The notes under the pieces were generated by a model, which had not been told where the DNA came from, did not search any database, and was given only the letters and a program-made list of their open reading frames with translations. A program made the position numbers and the translations under genes. A stretch of DNA of 64,000 bases from an uncultured bacterium. GTDB taxonomy: Bacteria; Cyanobacteriota; Cyanobacteriia; Phormidesmidales; Phormidesmidaceae. The stretch covers positions 8,776-72,775 of the forward strand of contig CAWUKV010000003.1 of assembly GCA_963923025.1 (NCBI GenBank). The letters are read 5' to 3'. This document shows positions 39,123 to 50,711 of this stretch, in pieces. How positions within the stretch are numbered: the first letter of the stretch is position 1; every line of letters starts with the position of its first letter.

Positions 39123-40196
39123 ATGTCCGTTGTAAACGAGCAGAACAAAGTCCAGGCTGTAACTTCGTCTGAGCAGGTCGAACCGCCGTTACTAGGACGA
39201 TCGCTACCCGAACTTACTCAATGGGTGCAGCAGCAGGGGCAGCCTGCCTATCGGGGCAAACAGCTTTACCAATGGATTTACAGCAAAGGGGCACGGTCGT
39301 TCGACGACATTACCGTCTTCTCAAAGAAATGGCGGGCAGAGGTTGCGCCAGATGTGCTGGGTCGGGCCACTATCCACCATCGCTCGGTTGCACCGGACGG
39401 CACCGTCAAATTTTTGCTGCGGCTGGGCGACGACAACATCATCGAAACGGTGGGCATGCCGACAGAAAAGCGGCTAACCGTTTGCGTGTCTTCTCAGGTG
39501 GGCTGTCCCATGGCCTGCGACTTCTGCGCCACAGGCAAAGGCGGCTTTTTACGTAATCTAGATACCCACGAAATTGTCGATCAGGTGCTGACGGTACAGT
39601 CCGACTTTGAGCAGCGGGTCAGCAACATTGTGTTTATGGGCATGGGCGAGCCGTTGCTGAATACCGACGCAGTCGTTGCTGCCGTGCGCTGTCTAAACCA
39701 GGATGTTGGCATTGGTCAGCGGCAAATGACAATCTCAACCGTCGGGATTCCGGGGCGCATTCGTCGACTGGCCCAGCATCAGCTACAGGTAACGCTGGCC
39801 GTGAGTCTGCACGCGTCCAATCAGGCGCTGCGCGAACAGCTAATTCCCAGCGCTCGGCAGTATCCCCTGACCGATCTGCTGACCGAATGTCGAGAATACG
39901 TGCAGATGACCGGCAGACGGGTCACCTTCGAGTACATTCTGCTAGCCGGACTGAACGACAACCCTGAACAGGCCAAGGAACTTGCCCGTCATCTGCGGGG
40001 CTTCCAAAGTCACGTTAACCTCATCCCCTACAACCCGATTACAGAGGTAGACTACAAGCGCCCAGATCGCCAACGCGTCCAGGCCTTTGCAGATGCACTG
40101 GACGCGTTGGGGGTGGCGGTAAGTGTGCGCTACTCGCGTGGGCTTGAAAAGGACGCGGCTTGCGGACAGCTTAGGGCATCAAAAGTGGCGGCCTAA
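39123..40196 (+). CDS. rlmN: 23S rRNA (adenine2503-C2)/tRNA methyltransferase RlmN (radical SAM)
   Basis: [11 protein letters not shown] radical SAM motif with an RlmN-type N-terminal domain. Confidence 0.9.
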   Translation: MSVVNEQNKVQAVTSSEQVEPPLLGRSLPELTQWVQQQGQPAYRGKQLYQWIYSKGARSFDDITVFSKKWRAEVAPDVLGRATIHHRSVAPDGTVKFLLRLGDDNIIETVGMPTEKRLTVCVSSQVGCPMACDFCATGKGGFLRNLDTHEIVDQVLTVQSDFEQRVSNIVFMGMGEPLLNTDAVVAAVRCLNQDVGIGQRQMTISTVGIPGRIRRLAQHQLQVTLAVSLHASNQALREQLIPSARQYPLTDLLTECREYVQMTGRRVTFEYILLAGLNDNPEQAKELARHLRGFQSHVNLIPYNPITEVDYKRPDRQRVQAFADALDALGVAVSVRYSRGLEKDAACGQLRASKVAA

Positions 40197-40228
40197 ACCG
40201 CCCCACTGGCCTCAAGACTTCGCCGAGT

Positions 40229-40417
40229 TTATCTGGAACAAACGGCGGGCAAACCAGGCGCATACGCTTCAATAACGGCACCCGTTTTCTGGCAGGTAAT
40301 CATTAAATAGTCACAGCTAGCGCACTGCGTTCGAATCAACTGTTGCTGATTCAAAAAGTGACGCTCGGCGTGATCCCCACAGTTTGGACAGTGGACTCTT
40401 TGGGTGGTTGTAGACAT
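40229..40417 (-). CDS. small zinc-ribbon protein (62 aa)
   Basis: Two CxxC pairs (CPNCGD ... CASCDY). Confidence 0.4.
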   Translation of the reverse strand: MSTTTQRVHCPNCGDHAERHFLNQQQLIRTQCASCDYLMITCQKTGAVIEAYAPGLPAVCSR

Positions 40418-40798
40418 TGATAATCGCTCCGCATCAATAGGTCTATTATGACCAATTGCCTATTCTCTATCAATAATCCAGAAGACACAAAATAGCCTGG
40501 GATCATGACATATTGGGCGATCCCAAATTCTCTACAACCTATATCTGCCAATGGCCATAGGTAAAAAAACCTACCGAAATTTTCTATCCAGCCGGATAAA
40601 AAATCAACACAAAAGTTATCGAGAAGCTGAAAAGAACCGTAATAGCTCGTTTGTTTAGCGCAGGGCAAACAGTAGCGGTTACTACTTTTTAATATTGTCT
40701 ACAGATTTGGCCGTTGCAGTTATCAATAGCACCGTTATTGGCTTTCCCTTCATTCTTTTGCCCCCTACCTTTTGCCTTTCTCCGTTTGCCTTCCCGCA

Positions 40799-42682
40799 CT
40801 AGGCATTCTGCGGGTGAAAGTAGTCGTAAATCTGCTGCGCTAGCTGTGGACCAATACCGGGTACCTCGGTCAGCTGCTCCGGCTTGGCTTCACGGATGTA
40901 GTCGATGGTTCGGAAGGTGGCTAGCAGCTGCTTTTGGCGATGGTGGCCGAGTCCGGGAATCTCGCTGAGGCGAGAACGGCGCATGCGATCGCTGCGCTTT
41001 TTGCGGTGGAAGGTAATAGCAAAGCGGTGGGCCTCATCCCGCAGGCGACGCAGCAGCTGCACCCCCGGCTGTTCCGCCTCGGTGTCCAACGGTGTTGATT
41101 CACCCGGCAGGAAAATTTCTTCTCGCTTCTTTGCCAGACTGACGACTTTTACCTCCGACAGCAGGTTCATCTCACGCAGCTGCGCCACCACTGCCGACAG
41201 TTGACCTTTGCCCCCGTCAATCATCACCAGGTCGGGCCAGTCGGGGTTGCCCACCCGCTCTTTGCTGGGGTCTTCGGCGTACTTGCGAAACCGTCGACGA
41301 ATCACTTCGGCCATGCTGGCAAAGTCGTCCGAGCGGCCCGCCCGGACGTCGGGGTTCTTGATTTTGTAGTGGCGGTAGTGCTGCTTGGCTGGCAGCCCAT
41401 CCACAAACACCACCTGAGAAGCCACCGCATCTGACCCCTGAATATGGGAGATGTCGTAGCCCTCAATGCGCTTGGGCATGTCCGGCAGGTCCAAAATTTC
41501 TGCTAGGTCCAGCTGGGCCTGGGCGTTGCGGTCGGCAAAGCGCTGGGTACGGGCCAGCTCGTACTGGGCGTTACGCTCGACCATGTCCACCAGCTCAGCC
41601 TTAACCTGACGCTGGGGCACTTCAATGGAGACCTTACGGCCTTTCTGCCGGGTCAAAAACTCCGCCAAAATGTCAGCCTCTGGCAGCTCGTGCTGCACCA
41701 TTACCTCGGTGGGAATTTCGATATCGTCCACGTTGCCGTAGTGTTCTTCGAGAACGCGCTGCAAAATCTCACCACAGGTGCCCGACTGGGCATCGGCCAT
41801 GAATCCTAATCGACCGACTAAACGACCAGCGCGAATTTGAAACAGTTGAATGCTGGCGTGCTGATCGTCACTGGCGAGTGCGATCGCATCCCGTGAAATC
41901 GTATCGTCGGGTATGGCCACCTTCTGGTGGGCGCTCAACTTCTCTAGCCCCTGAATCTGGTCTCGCAGCCGGGCCGCATGCTCATAGTTCAGCTTCTCAG
42001 CCGCCTCGGCCATCTGTTTCTTGAGAATCTTCACCAGCTCGTGGCTGCGCCCCTGAAAGACCATCGCCACCCGGTGAATAATCTTGTGATAGTCCTCAGG
42101 AGAAATCAGCTGCTGACACACCCCCGGACACTGGCCGATGTCGTAGTTGAGACAGGGGCGGTCCTTAAACAGCGGCTGACGTCGCTGCCGCAGCGGAAAC
42201 ACCTTTTTAACAATCTGTAGGGTGCGCCGCAGCAGCCCTGCATCGACGTAGGGGCCGTAGTAGCGGTCTTTGGCATTTTTGCGCCGCTTGCGAGTGATAA
42301 AGATGCGCGGATAGTCCTCAGACCAGGTCACGCAGAGAAAAGGATATTTCTTGTCGTCCTTGAGCAGCACGTTGAAGTGGGGCTGGTGCCGCTTAATCAG
42401 GTTGGCTTCGAGGGCTAGCGCCTCCGCTTCGGTGTCGGTAACAATGAACTCAATCTCCGCTACCTGCGTCACCATGATGCTGATGCGCGGCGTGTGGTGA
42501 TAGCCATCCCGAAAGTAGGACCGTACCCGATTGCGCAGACTCTTGGATTTGCCAATGTAAAGAATCTGGTCGGTGGCGTCCCGCATGAAATACACCCCAG
42601 GTTCTTGAGGGATCTCTTTAAGGCGGGCTTCTAAGCGCTCGGGGTCTTTGAGTAGAGTCTGAGGAGAGGATGTCGCGGGCAT
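40799..42682 (-). CDS. uvrC: excinuclease ABC subunit C
   Basis: 627 aa ORF with a GIY-YIG domain ([29 protein letters not shown]), a UvrBC-interacting region, an RNase H-like endonuclease domain and a C-terminal HhH. Confidence 0.9.
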   Translation of the reverse strand: MPATSSPQTLLKDPERLEARLKEIPQEPGVYFMRDATDQILYIGKSKSLRNRVRSYFRDGYHHTPRISIMVTQVAEIEFIVTDTEAEALALEANLIKRHQPHFNVLLKDDKKYPFLCVTWSEDYPRIFITRKRRKNAKDRYYGPYVDAGLLRRTLQIVKKVFPLRQRRQPLFKDRPCLNYDIGQCPGVCQQLISPEDYHKIIHRVAMVFQGRSHELVKILKKQMAEAAEKLNYEHAARLRDQIQGLEKLSAHQKVAIPDDTISRDAIALASDDQHASIQLFQIRAGRLVGRLGFMADAQSGTCGEILQRVLEEHYGNVDDIEIPTEVMVQHELPEADILAEFLTRQKGRKVSIEVPQRQVKAELVDMVERNAQYELARTQRFADRNAQAQLDLAEILDLPDMPKRIEGYDISHIQGSDAVASQVVFVDGLPAKQHYRHYKIKNPDVRAGRSDDFASMAEVIRRRFRKYAEDPSKERVGNPDWPDLVMIDGGKGQLSAVVAQLREMNLLSEVKVVSLAKKREEIFLPGESTPLDTEAEQPGVQLLRRLRDEAHRFAITFHRKKRSDRMRRSRLSEIPGLGHHRQKQLLATFRTIDYIREAKPEQLTEVPGIGPQLAQQIYDYFHPQNA

Positions 42683-42735
42683 TTTACGTTCGTCGCGTTG
42701 CTAGGGACGGTTTTCTGTGCTGAAGCCCTCCTAGA

Positions 42736-42782
42736 CATTGGAGCGTCCCTGGGCATTGGAGCGTCCCTGGGCATTGGAGCCC
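42736..42782. repeat. 18 bp tandem repeat x2.6 (cattggagcgtccctggg) about 55 bp upstream of the uvrC start
   Basis: Seen directly. Confidence 0.85.
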
Positions 42783-43061
42783 CACGGCTGGCCTCCAACC
42801 CTCCGGCTGACATGGCTTACACAGTCGCTGTCAGCCCTCAGTTTAACGCTCCTCATCTGATGGGACTGGGAACACACCGAAACGTAACGGTTCGGATTCT
42901 ACCCTGCGGCAATTCTCAGTATGAAGTATGGTTTAAGGTGCTTAAAAACACATCAATTTTCTGCGTGTAAGCAGTGGATTGTCCGTATCCCTCAACTTTG
43001 TATAGGAGAGTATAAATAGACACCCTAATATCCTGTCGATAGTCACGCCATACCCACAGAT

Positions 43062-43265
43062 ATGACCATTGATGAATTTGAGATTCGTTATCGCGAATCG
43101 ATGCGCGAAGTCCTTGACCAGCTCCAGTACGCCGTGATGCTCTCGGCTCAGCTACAGGAAACAGTTGGCACCATCGGATCTTCTCTGCAAACGCTGAACC
43201 ACACGACGGAGCAGTTCATTACCCAACAGCGAGATGCGGCGGAGTCTGCAACCTCGCGGAATTAG
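43062..43265 (+). CDS. small hypothetical helical protein (67 aa)
   Basis: ORF with no obvious Shine-Dalgarno sequence and a coiled-coil-like sequence. Confidence 0.25.
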   Translation: MTIDEFEIRYRESMREVLDQLQYAVMLSAQLQETVGTIGSSLQTLNHTTEQFITQQRDAAESATSRN

Positions 43266-43382
43266 GGAAAAAGTAAAAGGCAAAAGGCAGAAAAAATCCT
43301 GTCCTAGCTGGTTTTTGGTGCATAGCAGTGCTAAGCCAGGTCCAAGTTGAAACCTGTCGCTTTTCTCGTTGGAGAAGCTCTA

Positions 43383-43412
43383 ATTCTGGACGTGGAAATT
43401 CTGGACGTGGAA
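43383..43412. repeat. perfect 15 bp tandem repeat x2 (aattctggacgtgga)
   Basis: Seen directly. Confidence 0.85.
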
Positions 43413-43470
43413 AAGGGTTAGTTCTTGAGCCAGCGTATTGGGTATCCACAAAGGTGCTTCACTTGCGCTC

Positions 43471-43860
43471 TTAGCTTGGCAAGGTGGCTTGGATGACTTT
43501 ATGGAGCTGGTCTGGCTGGATAGGCTTGGTTAGGTAACCGGCTGCGCCCAGGGTCATTGCCTTTTGCCGGTCAGACTGGAAGGCGTATCCGCTCACCACC
43601 AGAACCGGAATCGTGTTGAATTTTGGATGGTGCTGTAGCGTTTCTAGAATCGATAGGCCGCTCATACGGGGCAGCTTTATGTCCAACAGAATGAGATGCG
43701 GTTGAAAGGCCGCGATCGCATCCAAGTAATCCGTTCCATCGGCCAGCGGCATTACGGTGTAGCCGCAAAACTGAAGAAAGTCAGTAAATAGCACCCGATT
43801 GCCGTAGTCATCTTCAATTAAGAGAATTCGGCTGCCGGTTTGCTCATCAAACGCCATCAT
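43471..43860 (-). CDS. single-domain response regulator (CheY-like receiver)
   Basis: ILLIEDD...LILLDIKLP...LVVSGYA...KP receiver motifs; no output domain. Confidence 0.85.
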   Translation of the reverse strand: MMAFDEQTGSRILLIEDDYGNRVLFTDFLQFCGYTVMPLADGTDYLDAIAAFQPHLILLDIKLPRMSGLSILETLQHHPKFNTIPVLVVSGYAFQSDRQKAMTLGAAGYLTKPIQPDQLHKVIQATLPS

Positions 43861-44430
43861 GTTGCTTTACCGTCCCGTCATTTCTCCGTTACACCAGCCT
43901 TTGTTGGGTTAGAACAAGACCGCGATGCCATATGGTTATGCGCTGCGAAAGAAAACCATACTCAGTGGCCTGACAGAATGCAGACCGTACTTCATTCAAC
44001 GGAGATCACGGATGGATAACCGGACGGTTTGTATAAAATATCGGTGCAAGTCCGATGAATATACTGAATTTTACTGAATTGTTTTTCGCTAAACGTGAAA
44101 ATGTATCAGGATACGGTGAAGTTAATGCAAAGTTAACGCAGCACCATTCAACATAGCCGCCTACACCTGTCATCGAATCGTTGAAATCGCTGATTCAAAC
44201 ACGCGTTTTGAGCAAGAACGGTTTGCAGCGACACCCAACAGTCGACTGTCGTTGACAGTCCCGCGTGTGGAATTTCGATGCCAGAAATTCTCTCTGACAG
44301 CGCAATAGAAGTTACCGTACGCGGCTACACCAACAGCCGCCGTGATGCTAGCCCGGTCAGCCTGTGTCAGTCAGTACGCTCAAGGTGTGATCTGGGCACA
44401 GCTTACAGGCTCGCAATTCAACAGGCACTC

Positions 44431-44468
44431 AATCCGCAGCCTCGCAATCCGCAGCCTCGCAATCCGCA
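44431..44468. repeat. 15 bp tandem repeat x2.5 (aatccgcagcctcgc)
   Basis: Seen directly within a 720 bp noncoding stretch. Confidence 0.85.
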
Positions 44469-44588
44469 TAGGGGGTGGAACCGAACCACCTGTCATGGAT
44501 CGCTCTCCGCCCTGCAAATAACGACACTCGTTAAATAACGACATGCGGAGACTCAGACACAGTGACACCACAGATATCCACACCCAAA

Positions 44589-45755
44589 TCAAGCCAGAAA
44601 CTCACCGATGCGCTCAATAGCTACGGTCAGTCGTTCTGGAGCGTGGACCAGCGCAAACCGCACGTAGCCTTCACCAGCCTTACCAAATCCGCGTCCAGGG
44701 GAGAGGGCCACCCCCGTCTGTTCGACGAGCTGCGTGCAAAACCCGATAGAATCCTGCTGCCAACGCTCGGGCAGCCTTGCCCAAAGGTACATCGTGGCGT
44801 CGGGGGCTGGAACCGTCCAGCCCAGCTTGTCCAGGGCCGCAGTCGCCGCATCACGCCGCTCACGAAACGTCTCGACCATTGCAGTAACGCTGTCTTGGGG
44901 ACCATTGAGGGCCGCGATCGCACCTCGCAAAATACCGGGGTACTGGTTAAAGTCCACATTGGCCTTTACCTGACGCAGCGCCCGAATCAGGTCGGCATTG
45001 CCAATGGCGTAGGCGATACGAAAGCCCCCCATGTGGTACGACTTCGAAAAGCTAAAGAACTCAATCGAGCAAGTTTTCTCCCGGTCCGCTTGGAAGATGG
45101 ACGGCGGCAAACTGTCGGTAAAGACTAAATCGCTGTAGGGAAAGTCGTGGGCCAGCACCAGGTCGTGCTGCTGACAAAACGCCACCGCTTCCTCAAAGAA
45201 GGACAATGGCGCGGTAGCCGTGGTGGGGTTGTGGGGGTAGCTCAGCACCATCAGCCGTGCCTGCTCTACCACCGCCTGGGGAATGTCACTGAACACCGGC
45301 AAAAAGTTGTTTTCTGCCAGCAGCGGCATGGGGTAGACCTGCCCATTCGCCAGATGCACGCCCCCCGAGTGAGACGGGTAACCCGGATCTTGCAGCAGCG
45401 CAAAATCACCGGGGTTCAAAATCGCCAGCGGCAGATGAGCCGTGCCCTCCTGGGAGCCAATGAGCTGCAAGACCTCGGTATCCGGATCGACTGGAATGCC
45501 GTACTTGCGGGTGTAGGCCTGAGCCGCAGCCACTCGAAACGGACGAGTGCTGTGAAAGAGAGGATAGCCGTGGGTGGTGGTGTCGGGCAGGGCCGCCGCG
45601 ATCGCATTCAGTACATGGGCAGGCGGCGACAGGTCCGAAGACCCCAGCGACAGGTCAATCACTGATTTGCCTGCGGCAGCGGCCTTTGCCTTGGCCGTAT
45701 CCATATCCGCAAAAACGTTTGTCTGTAGGGGGGCCAGTCGGGCAGAAAATTTCAT
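44589..45755 (-). CDS. class I/II pyridoxal-phosphate-dependent aminotransferase
   Basis: 388 aa ORF with SFSKSYHMGGFRIAY (PLP-lysine region) and NPTTATA motifs. Confidence 0.85.
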   Translation of the reverse strand: MKFSARLAPLQTNVFADMDTAKAKAAAAGKSVIDLSLGSSDLSPPAHVLNAIAAALPDTTTHGYPLFHSTRPFRVAAAQAYTRKYGIPVDPDTEVLQLIGSQEGTAHLPLAILNPGDFALLQDPGYPSHSGGVHLANGQVYPMPLLAENNFLPVFSDIPQAVVEQARLMVLSYPHNPTTATAPLSFFEEAVAFCQQHDLVLAHDFPYSDLVFTDSLPPSIFQADREKTCSIEFFSFSKSYHMGGFRIAYAIGNADLIRALRQVKANVDFNQYPGILRGAIAALNGPQDSVTAMVETFRERRDAATAALDKLGWTVPAPDATMYLWARLPERWQQDSIGFCTQLVEQTGVALSPGRGFGKAGEGYVRFALVHAPERLTVAIERIGEFLA

Positions 45756-45834
45756 AATCGCGGCACAATCAGCTGTTCTCGTATTTTATTGCAACCGTTC
45801 AGAACCAACCTGAAATATCGCCATCCGTCTAGCG

Positions 45835-46713
45835 CTACCCCAAAAACAGCAAACAAACCCCACCCGACGCCACCAGCGCCCCTACCACGGCCCGCCCGGT
45901 AATTCGCTCTCCTAAAACCGCTGCCATCGGCAGCACAAACACCGGACTGGTTGCCAGTAGCGCCTGGGCCACACCCGTCTCCGCAAACTTAAAAGCGGTC
46001 TGCTGCAGCCAAATCGCCAGATAGGTGCCGAAGAACGCGGCAACGGCAACCCCAGCTAACAGTCGCCCCGATTTCAGCTGTTTAACGCCCTGTCCGGCAT
46101 GGGGACGCACCGCCAGCATGACACCCAGACAAACCAGACCGGCCAGCAGCCGGAGCAGAGCACTCCACAGCGGGTCCACGCTGGTCCCCGCCAGCGCCGC
46201 GCGAGACAGGACTGCCCCCGTCGCCTGCCCCGTTGCCGCCAGTAAGCCAAAAATTAGCCCTCGCTGTAGCGATCTCACTTCTCCTGGTGCAGCCCGCTCA
46301 CCCACCACCCAGGCCACACCTGCCAACGTCACCCCAATGCCCACCCAGGCCAGGCTCGACAGCCGCTCCCCAATGAAGCCCAACGCCATCAACGCCGACA
46401 GGGGCGGGGCCAGGGTCTCCATCAGGAGCGCCCGCCGGGGTCCCAAGTCGTTGACCGTAGCAAAGTAGGCGGTGTCCCCTAACCCAATGCCGATCACCCC
46501 ACTGATCAGTAGAAGAAGAACGACGGGACCGGGTAAATCAACCCGCAGCTGCTGGCGGAGGAGGAGGGTGAGACAGATGAGTGCGATCGCAATCCCACCC
46601 TTTACCAAGTTCAGCACCAGCGGCGGCAGTCGCTTCCCCAATCGCCCAAATAGAAGCGTTGCAAACGCCCACAGCCCCGCCGCCGCCAGCGCCGCAATTT
46701 CCCCTCGAAACAT
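45835..46713 (-). CDS. EamA/DMT family transporter
   Basis: 292 aa ORF with 10 predicted transmembrane helices in two EamA-like halves. Confidence 0.75.
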   Translation of the reverse strand: MFRGEIAALAAAGLWAFATLLFGRLGKRLPPLVLNLVKGGIAIALICLTLLLRQQLRVDLPGPVVLLLLISGVIGIGLGDTAYFATVNDLGPRRALLMETLAPPLSALMALGFIGERLSSLAWVGIGVTLAGVAWVVGERAAPGEVRSLQRGLIFGLLAATGQATGAVLSRAALAGTSVDPLWSALLRLLAGLVCLGVMLAVRPHAGQGVKQLKSGRLLAGVAVAAFFGTYLAIWLQQTAFKFAETGVAQALLATSPVFVLPMAAVLGERITGRAVVGALVASGGVCLLFLG

Positions 46714-46846
46714 GCCACACTCCCCAGATCACCCCCTCACCCTACATACTGATAGGGCAGAGCGGTATTCACGCCGTCGATAGGTTTAGGTCTACAGGTT
46801 TGGGTCTACCCGCTCGAACCAAGCAGACGTCAGCAGAATCGAAGCT

Positions 46847-47947
46847 ATGGTCAACGTTGTCAGCGCCGACACACTGGAAAAGGTTATTGGGACGGATGCA
46901 ACCACCGCCCCGACGCTTTCACCTACGCTACAGCAGACGTTGTCCACGCCGCTGCAGATCGGCAATGTCACTGTCCAGAGTCGCGTCCTGCAGTCGCCGC
47001 TCTCGGGCGTGACCGATCTGGTCTTTCGAAGACTGGTACGCCGCTATGCCCCCCAGTCGATGATGTACACCGAAATGGTCAGCGCCTCGGAGCTGCACCA
47101 CGTCCGCAAACTACCCAGGCTGATGGAGGTTGACCCAGACGAACGCCCTATTAGCATTCAGCTATTTGACTGTCGGCCCGACTTTCTGGCCGAAGCCGCC
47201 CGCAAAGCCGTGGACCAGGGCGCAGATACGGTAGACATTAATATGGGCTGCCCCGTCAACAAAATTACGAAGAACGGGGGCGGCTCCTCGCTGCTGCGCG
47301 ACCCCCAAACCGCCGCTGCCATTGTGGAAGCCGTAACAGCAGCCGTAGACGTACCCGTCACCGTCAAGACCCGGATTGGCTGGTCTGCCAGTGACATCAA
47401 TGCCATTGAGTTTGCCCGTCATATGGAAGCAGCCGGCGCTCAAATGCTGACCCTGCATGCCCGTACCCGCGACCAGGGCTACAACGGCACCGCCAACTGG
47501 CAGTGGATCGCCCAGGTCAAAGCCGCCCTCAGCATTCCTGTCGTTGCCAATGGTGATATCTTCTCTGTCGCCGCCGCTGTGCAATGCCTCGAGCAAACGG
47601 GGGCGGATGGCGTGATGTGCTCTCGCGGTACTTTGGGCTATCCCTTTCTAGTAGGGGAAATCGACCACTTTCTCAAAACCGGCCAGCAGCGCGCCGCACC
47701 AACTATTGCTGAGCGACTCCAGTGCGCCCGCGAGCACCTAATTATGCTGGCTGACTACAAAGGTAAAAGCGGCATTCGTCAGGCCCGTAAGCACATGACC
47801 TGGTATGCCAAAGGGTTTTCAGGCGCAGCCGAACTCCGCGATCAGCTGTGCCGCATCGACTCGGTTGAGCAGGGCTGTGCCCTGCTCGATGACGCCATAG
47901 ATCGGTTATCCGCCGCCGCAAAATTATCAAACAGTTCGCTAGAGTAA
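46847..47947 (+). CDS. dus: tRNA-dihydrouridine synthase
   Basis: TIM-barrel FMN-binding motifs (SPLSGVTD, DINMGCP, the conserved lysine in NKITKNGGGSSLL). Confidence 0.85.
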   Translation: MVNVVSADTLEKVIGTDATTAPTLSPTLQQTLSTPLQIGNVTVQSRVLQSPLSGVTDLVFRRLVRRYAPQSMMYTEMVSASELHHVRKLPRLMEVDPDERPISIQLFDCRPDFLAEAARKAVDQGADTVDINMGCPVNKITKNGGGSSLLRDPQTAAAIVEAVTAAVDVPVTVKTRIGWSASDINAIEFARHMEAAGAQMLTLHARTRDQGYNGTANWQWIAQVKAALSIPVVANGDIFSVAAAVQCLEQTGADGVMCSRGTLGYPFLVGEIDHFLKTGQQRAAPTIAERLQCAREHLIMLADYKGKSGIRQARKHMTWYAKGFSGAAELRDQLCRIDSVEQGCALLDDAIDRLSAAAKLSNSSLE

Positions 47948-48015
47948 AAGAACACCGGTATACTCCAAGCTAAAGAATAAAAATACAGATCGCTGTTCCT
48001 TCAATTGAACCGTCT

Positions 48016-48666
48016 ATGACTTCCTACGCCACCTACAGTTCTCGGGCCGACATGGGCGAACTGCGTCGCCTGAGAAGTTTGCTGCCGCCCGAACTTCAGA
48101 GCTGGGTGACGGTGGAACCTGCAACCGACGTGGCCCCACCCCTGATCACCTGCGAGGAGCTGGGCAAAGACCAGGTCGAAGTGCAGATTGATCTGATCAA
48201 GTGGGAGCAGTTGGCAATTGACCAGCGCAACCTGCTGTTCTGGCACGAAGTCGCCCGGGTACAGAACGACACCATTCCCCGTGACGGGTGGGAGATGGCA
48301 GCGCTAGCCATTGGTTTGGGTGGCGCAGTCGGTGAACTGTGGGTACAGGATGGGTTGCTCCTGTTACTGGCTTTGGGGCTGTGCGGCATCTCGGGCTGGC
48401 GGCTCTACAAGCGCAACAACGCCTCTAAAACGCTGCAAGAGGCCATCGACGCAGACGAAAAAGCCATTGCTCTGGCAACTCGATTCGGCTACACCCTACC
48501 GAACGCCTACAAAAGCTTGGGTAGCGCCCTGAAGACGCTGATCGAGCAGACGCCCAAAAAAAAGCAGCGCGATCGCTACATCAAACGTCTTGAAGCCCTG
48601 AAGAAAAGTGCCAATCGGGCCAAGGAACGCACCCGCAGCAATCGCGGTCCGTCCCAGGCCTACTGA
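48016..48666 (+). CDS. hypothetical protein (possible DUF3318-like) with central transmembrane helix
   Basis: 216 aa conserved-looking ORF with one hydrophobic segment. Confidence 0.45.
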   Translation: MTSYATYSSRADMGELRRLRSLLPPELQSWVTVEPATDVAPPLITCEELGKDQVEVQIDLIKWEQLAIDQRNLLFWHEVARVQNDTIPRDGWEMAALAIGLGGAVGELWVQDGLLLLLALGLCGISGWRLYKRNNASKTLQEAIDADEKAIALATRFGYTLPNAYKSLGSALKTLIEQTPKKKQRDRYIKRLEALKKSANRAKERTRSNRGPSQAY

Positions 48667-49192
48667 CCCTTACAAACTGCTCAGCCACGGCTGCGCTGAT
48701 GTTCATTTCGATCTGTGCCAAGCAGAATTGCCATACTCGGTGTCATAGCGTAAATGGCGCTAGCTACAGACAGACGTTACTGAGCTTTTGATAGACCACT
48801 TCACCTTGAACCTCTGCTAATTTATTTAGTGGAGGTTTAATAGTATTTTTATAAAATCCTTCCGGAGCATATTTGAGAATGTATTAAGACGCAAAAGTGC
48901 AGCATTTCAGCACCGAATCCGCAGTTTCCCCCAAGCGGTTTAATCAGCCGATACCTAGATTGGGGAAGGACACATGATGTATAGCCCCCTTGTCTATTGA
49001 GGCCCCAGAATCAAGCCTATTCAAGGGGTTACGGGAAAAGGACACTCACTTTTTTGTAACTTCAAGGAGTGAGCAAGATTCTCTGAAGGCGTTTGTATCG
49101 AGCCTTTCACATCCGAAAGATACCGCTACGCTGTTGGAGTGGTAGGCATCTTGGCTAGTGTTCGTTTCTGCTGAAATCTAGAACTCTTATAA

Positions 49193-50485
49193 ATGCGTAT
49201 TCTCGTTTACTCCTACAACTATCACCCCGAACCCATCGGTATCGCGCCACTGATGACCGAGCTGGCAGAAGGGCTGGTTGCTAGGGGCCACGACGTTCGA
49301 GTGGTCACGGCAATGCCGAACTACCCCGAGCGCAAAATCTATCCCGATTATCGGGGCAAGCTGTTTGTCGAAGAAGAGCGCAATGGCGTCCACATTCAGC
49401 GCTGCTTCGTGGCAATTCGCCCTAATCCTGGGTTAGTCACCCGTGTCCTACTCGACGGCAGCTTCTCCTTCCTCAGCTTTTTCCAGGCCATGAAGGGCTG
49501 GCGGCCCGACATCATCCTCTCCACTAGTCCGTCACTTCCGGCTTCTGTGCCTGTAGCGGTAGTCCGAGCGCTGTTCTCTTGCCCGGTTGTCCTAAGCCTA
49601 CAAGACATCCTGCCCGAGGCTGCGGTACAGACGGGCCTAATTACCAATAAAATCGCCATTCGGGCCTTTGAGCTGTTAGAGAAGTTTGCTTATGCCAGCG
49701 TCGACCGGATTGCCGTTATCACCCCCTCCTTTGCCGACAACCTGATGAGCAAAGGCGTTCGTCCCGAAAAGATGAACTGTATCTCAAACTGGGTAGACGT
49801 CAACTTCATTCGTCCCCAATCAAAAACCGACAACGCCTTCCGCGAAAAGCACGGCCTTCAGGATAAGTTTGTTGTCCTCTACTCCGGCAATATTGCCCGT
49901 ACTCAGGGCGTGAGAACCATCGTTCGAGCCGCTGAACAGCTCAAGCATGAGCCCAACGTTGAGTTCGTGATTGTGGGTGAAGAAAGCCAGCTAGCAGACC
50001 TTAATGACCTGAAGGAAGAACTGGGCGTTACCAATGTCACGCTGCTGCCCTTTGCTCCCCGCAAGGACCTACCCGAAATGCTGGCGGCTGCCGATGTCTC
50101 ACTGATCATGCAAAAGAAGAACGTGGTTGGCTTCAACATGCCGTCCAAAACCATGGTGCTACTGGCCAGTGGCCGCCCGGTAATTGCCTCTGTCCCCCGC
50201 GATGGTGCAGCTGCTCGGGCCATCCGCGACAGCAAAGGCGGCATCGTCACCCCACCCGAAAACCCGTCCCTGCTGGCTAAGGCCATTCTCAAGCTCAGCC
50301 AAGATCCAGAACGGGCTGAGGCACTGGGCAAATACGGTCGCCAGTACGCCATCGAAAACTACTCCTTCGAGCAAGCTATCGATTCCTACGAAACACTGCT
50401 CAAAAACCTGGCAACTGCACCGGCTAGCACCCGCCTCGCCCCTGTTCCCCCCATGGGCGCAGTCGAAAAGGCCACTGGTCTTTAA
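49193..50485 (+). CDS. glycosyltransferase family 4 (GT-B, WbuB-like)
   Basis: MRILVYSYNYHPEPIGIAPL N-terminus and a C-terminal EX7E-type region. Confidence 0.85.
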   Translation: MRILVYSYNYHPEPIGIAPLMTELAEGLVARGHDVRVVTAMPNYPERKIYPDYRGKLFVEEERNGVHIQRCFVAIRPNPGLVTRVLLDGSFSFLSFFQAMKGWRPDIILSTSPSLPASVPVAVVRALFSCPVVLSLQDILPEAAVQTGLITNKIAIRAFELLEKFAYASVDRIAVITPSFADNLMSKGVRPEKMNCISNWVDVNFIRPQSKTDNAFREKHGLQDKFVVLYSGNIARTQGVRTIVRAAEQLKHEPNVEFVIVGEESQLADLNDLKEELGVTNVTLLPFAPRKDLPEMLAAADVSLIMQKKNVVGFNMPSKTMVLLASGRPVIASVPRDGAAARAIRDSKGGIVTPPENPSLLAKAILKLSQDPERAEALGKYGRQYAIENYSFEQAIDSYETLLKNLATAPASTRLAPVPPMGAVEKATGL

Positions 50486-50711
50486 TCTGCCTTGCGGCCA
50501 TCACCTTTGTCCCGCTCCATCAGATTTGTCCCGATTGACCTGACGGCAACCAATCGGATCGCCAGCTTCTACCGTAGGCTGGGTTGAGCGCTAGCGTAAC
50601 CCAACGAAACCTTCGCTATGGCAGTCGAAGGGTTGATAAAGGAACGGACGCAACCCCTAACGGCATCAGCGTGTGACGCCAAAACCACAGGTGACCCAAG
50701 CCACAGAACCA

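Noticed and set aside
40329-40337. tRNA-like T-arm string gttcgaatc
   Set aside because: No flanking acceptor, D or anticodon arm complementarity. It lies inside the zinc-ribbon ORF.
46025-47012. Three overlapping plus-strand ORFs (46025-46468, 46472-46783, 46581-47012) across the EamA gene and its upstream region
   Set aside because: Pro/Ala/Arg-rich translations antisense to the EamA transporter. The real dus gene starts at 46847 in another frame.
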